DNA of 57,812 nucleotides from Candidatus Omnitrophota bacterium. GTDB taxonomy: Bacteria > Omnitrophota > Gorgyraeia > 2-02-FULL-51-18. Both the position numbers and the translations under genes were made by a program. Positions 50,158 to 57,812 of this stretch are shown piece by piece. Below the pieces are notes generated by a model, which did not search any database, was not told where the DNA came from, and saw nothing but the letters and a program-made list of their open reading frames with translations. Position 1 is the stretch's first letter; every line of letters starts with the position of its first letter. The stretch covers positions 80,464 through 138,275 of the forward strand of contig CAMDWQ010000002.1 of assembly GCA_945877765.1 (NCBI GenBank), in the 5' to 3' direction.

Positions 50158-51731
50158 AAAGCAGCGCTAAAAAAATACAGATTTACGACACCACTCTCCG
50201 TGATGGGTCACAGGGGGAGGATATTTCTTTTTCTGTTCAGGATAAGCTTTTGATTGCCCGGCGCCTGGATGAGGCGGGCTTTGATTACATTGAGGGTGGT
50301 TGGCCCGGCGCCAATCCCAAAGATGTTCAATTTTTCAAAGACGTCAAAAAAATTAAATTTCAGCACGCCAAGCTCGTGGCCTTTGGTTCCACCATGCGTG
50401 CCGGCGGAAAAGCTTCTGAGGATCCAATTTTGAAGGGATTGCTAGCGGCAGAAACCCAAGTCATCACCATTTTTGGAAAAAGCTGGGACCTGCATGTCCG
50501 AGAGGTCTTTAAAGTGCCTCTTGAGGAAAATCTGCGCATGATATTTGAATCGGTGAAATATCTAAAGTCCAAAGGCAAAGAAGTGGTGTATGATGCGGAA
50601 CATTTTTTTGATGGCTATCGAGCGAACCCGGAATATGCGCTCAAAGCGATCATGGCAGCCCGCGACGCCGGCGCCTCTGTTTTAGTCTTGTGCGAAACCA
50701 ATGGCGGAAACATGCCGTCGGTTGTTGCTAAGATCGTGGCCGAGGTGAAGGCGAAACTCAAGCACCCGCTGGGAATTCATCCCCACAATGATACGGCAAT
50801 GGGCGTTGCCAATGCTATCGCGGCCGTGGAAGCCGGCGCGATTCATGTCCAGGGCACTGTGAACGGGATTGGAGAGCGATGCGGTAACTGTGATTTGATC
50901 CCCGTCATTGCCAACCTCGAGCTTAAATTTGGTTTTAATTGTTTGTCCCCGGGAAAGCTTCGTGAATTAACCGCTGTGTCGCGCTTTGTCAGTGAAGTTT
51001 GTAATATGGTGCCCGCTAAAAGCCAGCCCTACGTTGGGCAAAGTGCCTTTGCCCACAAAGGAGGCGTGCATATCGACGCGGTGAAAAAAAATCCTATCAC
51101 GTACGAGCACGTCGATCCCGCGAGTGTTGGAAACGCGCGTAAGCACCTGGTTTCCGAAATGGGCGGACGCACTAACATCATTTTAAAAGCGCAGGAATGG
51201 GGCATCGACCTTAAAAAAGAGGCGCCGGAAACAAAGGCTATTCTTCGCAGCGTGCAGGTTCTTGAAAATGAAGGCTATCAATTTGAAGGCGCTGATGCCA
51301 GCGTCGAGCTTTTGATGAGAAAAATTATTGGTCGTCAAAAAAAATTCTTCAAAGCATCTGCTGAAATTAAAAATGAACGTATCGGTGAAAAAAATCCTGA
51401 TGTGATGGCTATTGTGAAAGTTTCTGTTAAAGGAGCTAAGTCTAAAACAATCCGCAAAACCGGCGACGGTCCTGTGGATGCGCTGGCCAAGGCGCTTAAG
51501 ATGGCTCTTACCGATTCGTATCCAGAAATAGCCGAGGTGGAGTTGGACGATTACAAGGTGCGTATTGTTAATTCCAAAGCGGGTACAGCTGCCAAAGTTC
51601 GTGTGATCATCGAATTTCATGACAAAGAGCGCGTGTGGTCCACCATCGGCGTTTCCACCAATATCATTGAGGCGAGTTGGAAAGCGCTCATCGATGCGAT
51701 GGAGTACAAGCTATTAAGGAGCGCCCTGTGA
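50154..51731 (+). CDS. cimA: Citramalate synthase
   Basis: YDTTLRDGSQGE, YIEGGWPGANPKD, FGKSW, YDAEHFFDG, AFAHKGG.H, DYKVR, SW.ALID; adjacent to lysC. Confidence 0.88.
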   Translation: MKSSAKKIQIYDTTLRDGSQGEDISFSVQDKLLIARRLDEAGFDYIEGGWPGANPKDVQFFKDVKKIKFQHAKLVAFGSTMRAGGKASEDPILKGLLAAETQVITIFGKSWDLHVREVFKVPLEENLRMIFESVKYLKSKGKEVVYDAEHFFDGYRANPEYALKAIMAARDAGASVLVLCETNGGNMPSVVAKIVAEVKAKLKHPLGIHPHNDTAMGVANAIAAVEAGAIHVQGTVNGIGERCGNCDLIPVIANLELKFGFNCLSPGKLRELTAVSRFVSEVCNMVPAKSQPYVGQSAFAHKGGVHIDAVKKNPITYEHVDPASVGNARKHLVSEMGGRTNIILKAQEWGIDLKKEAPETKAILRSVQVLENEGYQFEGADASVELLMRKIIGRQKKFFKASAEIKNERIGEKNPDVMAIVKVSVKGAKSKTIRKTGDGPVDALAKALKMALTDSYPEIAEVELDDYKVRIVNSKAGTAAKVRVIIEFHDKERVWSTIGVSTNIIEASWKALIDAMEYKLLRSAL

Positions 51732-54445
51732 CAGACAAGCCCAAAGAGCAGCCTGAAAAAATTAGCGACAATCCCAATGAGCTTCCCAAGACTTACGAGG
51801 CTAAGCTTGTAGAAAAAAAATGGTACGAAGAGTGGCGCAAGCGTGGCTATTTTAAAGCTTCGGTCAAAAAAGGTAAAAAACCGTACACGATTGTGATTCC
51901 GCCGCCCAATGTGACCGGTATTTTGCATATGGGGCACGCGCTCAACAACACACTCCAAGATATTCTTATTCGTTATAAGCGGATGAGTGGCTTTGAGACA
52001 TTGTGGATGCCCGGCACTGACCACGCTGGCATTGCAACGCAAAACGTCGTTGAAAAGTCATTGCGCGAGGAAGGAACTAACCGGCATCAATTGGGTCGTG
52101 AAAAATTTTTGGAGCGCGTCTGGAAGTGGCGTGAAAAACACGGCAACACCATCATCAAACAGCTCCAGCGCCTGGGCGCCTCCTGCGACTGGGAGCGGAC
52201 ACGATTTACAATGGACGAAGGGCTCTCAAAGGCGGTCCGCGAAGTTTTTGTCCGACTCTATGAAAAAGGTCTGATCTATCGCGGCGAATACATCATTAAT
52301 TGGTGCCCACGCTGTCAGACAGCGCTATCCGATGAAGAAGCTCAACACAAAGAGCTTAATGGGCATCTTTATTATATTAAATATCAGATCGAGAACACCG
52401 ATCAGCACGTCACTATCGCTACCACGCGTCCTGAAACGCTCCTTGGTGACACGGCTATTGGTTTTAATCCTAAGGATGAGCGCTATCAGCATTTGATTGG
52501 TAAGACCGCGATTCTTCCGCTTTTAAATCGCCGGCTTCGGATTATTCAAGATGAGGACATTGACCCCAAATTTGGCACGGGGGCTTTAAAAATTACACCC
52601 GCCCACGATCCGGTTGATTTTCTTTTGGCTAAAAAGCATAGTCTTGAAATTTTAAATATTATGAATCCCGACGCGACGCTCAATGATGCCGCGGGTATCT
52701 ATAAAGGACTGGATCGTTTTGAGGCGCGTCGCAAAATAATTGCCGAACTTGAAGACCGCCGCCTTCTTCTTGAAACCAAAGAACACATGCATGCAGTGGG
52801 TCATTGTTATCGTTGTCAGACCGTGGTCGAGCCCTACCTTTCGAAGCAGTGGTTTGTTCGTATGAAACCGTTGGCGAAGCCAGCGATTGCCGCAGTTACC
52901 GAAGGGCGTACGGAATTTAGGCCGGCCCGCTGGTCCAAGGTATATCTTGAGTGGATGAATAATATTAAGGATTGGTGCATCTCTCGTCAGATTTGGTGGG
53001 GTCATCAGATCCCTGTTTGGTACTGCCAGCCCTGCCGCGCGGCCGGGGTCGTGACCTCCAATAAAGAGAAAAAAGTTTATTCGGAGCCGGGGATGATTGT
53101 CTCCCGCGAAACTCCCAAAGAGTGCCCCGTCTGCAAAAAAAATGATTTACTGCAGGATCCTGATGTTTTGGATACGTGGTTTTCTTCGTGGCTGTGGCCT
53201 TTTTCAACGCTCGGTTGGCCTGAAAAAAATAAAGATCTTGAGTTTTTTTACCCCACAGCCTGCCTAGTCACCGGCTATGAGATTATTTTCTTTTGGGTGG
53301 CGCGCATGATGATGTCGGGAATTGAATTTATGGGAAAAGAGCCGTTTAAGCAGGTTTATATTCACGGCATTGTGCGTGATGAGCATGGCGCTAAAATGTC
53401 TAAATCGCTGGGAAACGTGGTGGACCCAATTGGAATTATTGACGAATATGGAGCCGATGCGCTACGTTTTGCCATTATTTCAATCACTTCTGAGGGGCAG
53501 GATGTTTATGCCTCCAAGGAAAAATTTGAAGTGGGTCGTAATTTTGCCAACAAAATTTGGAACGCAGCAAGATTCCTTTTGATGAACCGCACCAATGACA
53601 AGAAATCAAAGGCACCCAAAATAGACGATATTAGTGATATCGACCGTTGGATTCTAAGCCGTTTAAATCACACCATCCAGAGCGTCACGGATAGCCTTGA
53701 GAAAAGCCGTTTTAATGAGGCGGTTTCCACGCTTTATGATTTTTTCTGGCATCAATTTTGCGACTGGTATGTCGAGTTGGCAAAACCAAGTATAAAAACC
53801 AAAGAGACGCAGTGGGTTCTTGAGACCGTGCTTGAAAATACACTTAAGCTTTTACACCCTTTCATGCCCTTTATCACCGAAGAAATCTGGCAAAAAATGC
53901 CACACGTTGGTGACTCCATCATGATTTCGGCTTGGCCCAAGTGTAATAAAAAACTTCTGAATCCAAAAATCGAGGAAGAGGTCGGGCTGATCATCAGCGA
54001 AATCCAGGCCATCCGCAACATTCGTTCTGCCTGGCAGATCAATCCCAAGGATTTGGTGAGTGTTGCCATCAAGATTTCTCGTGACAAGGAAATGAAAATT
54101 TTAAAAGACTATTCGAGTCATATTGTGCAGATGGCGAAAATATCCTCGCTCACCATCGGTAAGCAGGTGACCCGGCCCAAAGAATCCGCGGTTGCCAATG
54201 TCGGGCGAGTTGAGACATATGTCGTGCTTTCTGGCCTTGTGGATATCGCGATGGAGCGTCAGCGTATTGAATTGGCGCTGGCCGATGTGGAAAAGATGAT
54301 GAAAGCTCTCGCTGGACGCTTATCCAATCAGGATTTTGTATCAAAGGCGCCAAAAGATATCGTTGACAAAGAGCGTAAAAAAGGCGAAGAGCTTGAAAAT
54401 CGTAAAAAAAGACTAGAAGAAAACCTAAAAACGCTCGGCGAATAG
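51728..54445 (+). CDS. valS: Valine--tRNA ligase
   Basis: PPPNVTGILHMGH, DHAGIATQ, WCISRQIWWGH, KMSKS, C-terminal coiled coil; start reassigned to GTG 51728. Confidence 0.98.
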   Translation: MTDKPKEQPEKISDNPNELPKTYEAKLVEKKWYEEWRKRGYFKASVKKGKKPYTIVIPPPNVTGILHMGHALNNTLQDILIRYKRMSGFETLWMPGTDHAGIATQNVVEKSLREEGTNRHQLGREKFLERVWKWREKHGNTIIKQLQRLGASCDWERTRFTMDEGLSKAVREVFVRLYEKGLIYRGEYIINWCPRCQTALSDEEAQHKELNGHLYYIKYQIENTDQHVTIATTRPETLLGDTAIGFNPKDERYQHLIGKTAILPLLNRRLRIIQDEDIDPKFGTGALKITPAHDPVDFLLAKKHSLEILNIMNPDATLNDAAGIYKGLDRFEARRKIIAELEDRRLLLETKEHMHAVGHCYRCQTVVEPYLSKQWFVRMKPLAKPAIAAVTEGRTEFRPARWSKVYLEWMNNIKDWCISRQIWWGHQIPVWYCQPCRAAGVVTSNKEKKVYSEPGMIVSRETPKECPVCKKNDLLQDPDVLDTWFSSWLWPFSTLGWPEKNKDLEFFYPTACLVTGYEIIFFWVARMMMSGIEFMGKEPFKQVYIHGIVRDEHGAKMSKSLGNVVDPIGIIDEYGADALRFAIISITSEGQDVYASKEKFEVGRNFANKIWNAARFLLMNRTNDKKSKAPKIDDISDIDRWILSRLNHTIQSVTDSLEKSRFNEAVSTLYDFFWHQFCDWYVELAKPSIKTKETQWVLETVLENTLKLLHPFMPFITEEIWQKMPHVGDSIMISAWPKCNKKLLNPKIEEEVGLIISEIQAIRNIRSAWQINPKDLVSVAIKISRDKEMKILKDYSSHIVQMAKISSLTIGKQVTRPKESAVANVGRVETYVVLSGLVDIAMERQRIELALADVEKMMKALAGRLSNQDFVSKAPKDIVDKERKKGEELENRKKRLEENLKTLGE

Positions 54446-54457
54446 CCGGAGGTTGTA

Positions 54458-55309
54458 ATGCTTCGCACGAATGTGATCGATCTCATTGTAAAATTGGCGC
54501 TTCGTGAGGACGTTGGTTCCCGAGATGTCACCACTTCTGCTGTTATCCCCAAAAACACCCCCATCAAAGCCGAGATCGAGGCAAAAGCCGCCGGTATTCT
54601 TTGCGGCATTGAAATCGCCGAGCTAGTTTTTCGCTACGTCGATGAAAATCTGCGTTTTCTACCCGTCTTAAAAGACGGGGCTGCAATGGAACCCGGCCAA
54701 GAGATCGCCTACATCGAGGGGAATGCGGCTTCGATTCTGATCGCCGAGAGGACCGCGCTGAATTTTTTGACCCATCTTTCCGGTATTGCCACGTTTACCC
54801 GGCGCTTTGTCGACCGAGTCAAAGGAACGCGTGCCCAAATCCTAGACACCCGAAAAACTACGCCGAATTTGCGAGTCCTGGAAAAGTATGCCGTCAAAAC
54901 AGGCGGGGGAACCAACCACCGCGCGGGGCTTTATGACCAGATTCTTATCAAAGACAACCACCTGAATATTCTCCGTAATGAAAAAATTGTCGACATCATC
55001 GCTCGGGCCAAAGCCAGCGCCCTAAAAAACATGCCCGTGGGCATCGAGGTCAAAAATCTAAAAGAATTAGCCGAAGCCTTAAAAGGCAAACCCAGCTATA
55101 TCCTCTTGGACAACATGCCCCCCGAAATGATTAAGCAATGCATCAGGGCCCGCACCGAAGCCTCCAGCAAGATTCCCTTCGAGGTCTCCGGCGGCGTCAA
55201 TTTTGAAAATGTCCGCAGCTACGCCGACCTTGGAGTGGAGCGCATCTCCATCGGTGCGTTGACTCATGCGGCTCCGGCGCTGGATATTTCGTTGGATATT
55301 GTGGGGTAG
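54458..55309 (+). CDS. nadC: Nicotinate-nucleotide diphosphorylase (carboxylating)
   Basis: ALREDVG..DVT, ERTALNFL.HLSGIAT, DTRKTTP, HR.GLYD.ILIKDNH, LLDNM, SGG, SIGALTH. Confidence 0.96.
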   Translation: MLRTNVIDLIVKLALREDVGSRDVTTSAVIPKNTPIKAEIEAKAAGILCGIEIAELVFRYVDENLRFLPVLKDGAAMEPGQEIAYIEGNAASILIAERTALNFLTHLSGIATFTRRFVDRVKGTRAQILDTRKTTPNLRVLEKYAVKTGGGTNHRAGLYDQILIKDNHLNILRNEKIVDIIARAKASALKNMPVGIEVKNLKELAEALKGKPSYILLDNMPPEMIKQCIRARTEASSKIPFEVSGGVNFENVRSYADLGVERISIGALTHAAPALDISLDIVG

Positions 55310-55319
55310 GCGTTCATAG

Positions 55320-55497
55320 GTGCTGCGCCGGGGCCTGTCCGGTAAATCCTTTCGGGCCGGCGTTTAATTTGCCCCGCCGTGGCAAATTAAACTCGGAGAT
55401 GAGGGCTCGCTCGTCCCCATCTATTACGATGGGGACACCGTGGCCGCTCGCCTCATCTACGCGTCCCAAAAAGATTTAACGGCCACCCGGCGCACAC
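55320..55497. repeat. ~180-nt nested palindromic element (multibranch stem-loop)
   Basis: Outer TGCGCCGGG/CCCGGCGCA and TAAATC/GATTTA; inner GTTTAATTTGCC/GGCAAATTAAAC, AGATGAGG/CCTCATCT, GTCCCCATC/GATGGGGAC. Confidence 0.7.
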
Positions 55498-55787
55498 TGG
55501 ACTTTTATTATTTAAAAATGTAATACTTGAGGTATATATTTTGAGGGTATCCGTGAAGACATCTATAAGTATCGTGGATGCCCTAAGAGCTGTTCGTTAT
55601 CAGTCCAAATCCTCCAAACAATCGTCCTGAAATTTAAAAATTCTAAAGTTAACAAAAAAACCTCGTTTTATCACCCTGTTTAGAAACAACATTTAATTTG
55701 TATTTATTGAAGTCTGCGGGCATACTTTGGTTAATAAATAGTTAGATCAAGGGGTGCGTTTTATGGTTTCCTGTAGGGTGAAATTGT

Positions 55788-57812
55788 ATGTCTAAAAAGA
55801 AGCGCTTAAGTCTAAGACTTATTGCGGCTATTCTTATCGGGACGTTTGCGTATTCTCAAGCCGCGCAGGCGGCTCCTGGCGTGGCATCGCCACCAGTGAT
55901 ATCGTCGGCACTTGCACGTGATCCTTCAATTTTTCAAGTGCCCGCCGCATCTTCTCGTCTGCGTGAAATCCATCGCGGTTCCAACGGTCTTTTCATGATC
56001 CACATTCAGGATGCGCATTCGAATCTGAGTGGTCAGCAAAATTTGGCCGCCACGCTTGATTCGATCATGGAAAACTATCACGTGTCGCTGGTCCTAGTCG
56101 AGGGCGGTTCGCGTGACGATTCGCTCACGGTGATCAAGCAAGTCGCCTCAGCGGCCACGTGGAAGCGCGTCGCTAAGAGTTTTTTATTTGAAGGAAAGAT
56201 ATCCGGCGAAGAATATCTCAATCTGATCTCCGACCGCCCGATGAAAATCATGGGCATCGAGGACCGCGCACTTTACTTGGATAGCGTGAGGGCATACGCC
56301 GATCTCGCCGCGCGACGCGAGGACATACTGGGGTATTTGAAACTTATCACAGCCGCGCTCGAGAAAGTGAAAAAGCGCCTCTACCCCGAAGAACTGCTTA
56401 CCTATGAAAAAGAACGCAAGACCCGCCGCGACCGCGAGGCTGACGACACAGGGCACCGTGAGGTGTTGAAGCTAGCCGCGCGGGCCGGACTTGATCTCGG
56501 GCGCTATCCTGTCCTTTCGGCACTCGCTCGCATTGAAGCTCGCGAGAAGGAAATTAGTTTTGAGGCAGCTTCGCTTGAGCAAGCTGCGCTCGTCGAAGCG
56601 GTGGCCGCGAGGGGCGGCACGGCGGATCTGGATGAGTATCTGCAACAATCCGCTGCCGCGAAAGGGCAGAAGATTTCCCAGTACACGCATTTTCGAAGTC
56701 TGTTCGAGGCGGCCGAGCGGTCCCATGTGAGCATTCAAGCCTATCCCGAGCTTGCCAAATACGGCGCCTACCTCGAGGAGTTTTCGGCGATTGATCTCGA
56801 CCGCATCGTCGATGAATTGACGCGCGCGGAAGACGACGCGTATGCGGTCCTCCTCACTCAAGACGATCAGCGCCTGGCGCGCGGGATCGACCGCTACCTC
56901 GGACTCCTCGAGACCGCGTATAAAATCCAGATGAGCACGCGCGAATTCGCATTTTTCAAATTGAACGAAACGGATTTCGGAACGACGCGCCACCTGGCGT
57001 TTATCAACCGCAAACTCGCCGAAAACGGCTATGCCGGGGAAATGATCCCGTACCGCGATATTTTGGAAAAAGGCAAGGAAGCGCTTGGGACATTTTACGA
57101 TTCCGTGGAACAGCGCGATTTCGCCTTCATGCGCAACGCCGAGCGGATCATGAAAGAGGAAAAGCAGGATACCGCCGTGCTTATTTCCGGCGGCTACCAC
57201 ACGCCGCACCTGAAACATCTCCTGCGCGAAAAAGGATATTCGTACGCCGTGGTCACGCCGGTGGTGACGTCCGCGACGAATCAGGCCAAATACGAGCGGC
57301 TTCTTCTTGCGCCGCTGAATGGTGAAGCTCCCCAATCGAAGACGACGCGTGAATCTCGCGACGACAGCATCAGAGTGGTGGCCGCCGCCGAGAGTGACCG
57401 CTTTTATAATCTGCTTAGCCAGGCGGTGGTGTCTCCCGAGGCCGAAGAATTGGCTGCTCGCATCGCGCTGGAGTATAAGTTGGGCCAAACTTCAACCGGC
57501 GATGCCAAAGAGGTTCTCTTATCCACGGCAGCTGTCGCTACCCCTAAGAAATCTGCCGCAGTGATTCCGCCCGTCACCGTTGCGGCACGGCTGAGCGCTT
57601 CTGATAAGTCGCAAGCCCTCAAAGAACTCCGCCGCAAATTGAAACAAACCGAATCGGATATCAAGGGGTATCTTAAATTTTCTAAAACCTTCCTCCTGGA
57701 ATCTCCCATAAGCCAGGCAAATAAAGACCTTGATGATACCCCGGAAGGTATTTTTGATAAATCTCCTTATTCAGATGATATTGCAAGAATCATTCATATC
57801 GCTAATATTCTG
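55788..57812 (+). CDS. Large secreted protein, 3'-truncated (at least 675 aa), giant-protein-type N-terminal domain
   Basis: Hand translation from ATG 55788 gives no stop before the window end. Signal peptide MSKKKRLSLRLIAAILIGTFAYSQAAQA; motifs IHIQDAH, VLVEGG, GIED..LY, RDFAFMRN, AVLISGGYHT..L, G.SY.VVTP. Confidence 0.85.
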   Translation, partial: MSKKKRLSLRLIAAILIGTFAYSQAAQAAPGVASPPVISSALARDPSIFQVPAASSRLREIHRGSNGLFMIHIQDAHSNLSGQQNLAATLDSIMENYHVSLVLVEGGSRDDSLTVIKQVASAATWKRVAKSFLFEGKISGEEYLNLISDRPMKIMGIEDRALYLDSVRAYADLAARREDILGYLKLITAALEKVKKRLYPEELLTYEKERKTRRDREADDTGHREVLKLAARAGLDLGRYPVLSALARIEAREKEISFEAASLEQAALVEAVAARGGTADLDEYLQQSAAAKGQKISQYTHFRSLFEAAERSHVSIQAYPELAKYGAYLEEFSAIDLDRIVDELTRAEDDAYAVLLTQDDQRLARGIDRYLGLLETAYKIQMSTREFAFFKLNETDFGTTRHLAFINRKLAENGYAGEMIPYRDILEKGKEALGTFYDSVEQRDFAFMRNAERIMKEEKQDTAVLISGGYHTPHLKHLLREKGYSYAVVTPVVTSATNQAKYERLLLAPLNGEAPQSKTTRESRDDSIRVVAAAESDRFYNLLSQAVVSPEAEELAARIALEYKLGQTSTGDAKEVLLSTAAVATPKKSAAVIPPVTVAARLSASDKSQALKELRRKLKQTESDIKGYLKFSKTFLLESPISQANKDLDDTPEGIFDKSPYSDDIARIIHIANIL

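Noticed and set aside
55601-55629. Possible third ECF-like site (TCGTCCTG) upstream of the giant gene
   Set aside because: The -35 half matches poorly, spacing is off by one and the GTAGAGT tail is missing.
55716-55731. Sigma54-like GG-N10-G(T) upstream of the giant gene
   Set aside because: Lacks the invariant GC at -12 and the TGGCAC context.
56472-57488. 338-aa minus-strand ORF
   Set aside because: Antisense shadow of the long + strand ORF from 55788, which has a signal peptide and coherent motifs; the minus product has none.

Overview
Core-chromosome segment of a bacterium, most likely PVC superphylum/Omnitrophota-like. That placement is an inference from gene order and from the secreted giant-protein-type gene at the right end. 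Almost all genes are on the + strand: ECF sigma/anti-sigma pair, tRNA-Pro(CGG), NUDIX, ogt, acyP, ligA, xerD, rbfA-truB-ribF-rpsO-pnp-dut, ftsK-rodZ-like-rimO-pgsA-pgpA, an oppositely oriented cinA plus orphan gene, recA-recX-alaS, a contiguous his-trp block, manC-ruvX-M16 peptidase, an NYN nuclease cassette, rpe-pgm-lepA-lepB, phospholipid genes, tRNA-Pro(GGG), hom-thrC-apgM-like-lysC-cimA, valS, nadC, and the first 675 codons of a large secreted protein missing from the ORF track. No CRISPR array, prophage, transposase or rRNA was seen. Strongest leads: (1) a 35-bp ECF-promoter-like motif (26/35 identical) that occurs at the sigma/anti-sigma junction and again upstream of recA, suggesting alternative-sigma control of recA; (2) an intact NYN/PIN RNase gene whose 3' end is overlapped by a predicted ~60-nt antisense RNA with its own promoter and terminator, bracketed by a 10-bp direct repeat (RNA-antitoxin-like); (3) an ApgM-family protein in the thr operon that has lost nearly all catalytic residues; (4) a giant secreted protein with a TIKI/ChaN/EreA-like N-terminal motif set. 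All alignments and structures were read by eye, with no database searches.
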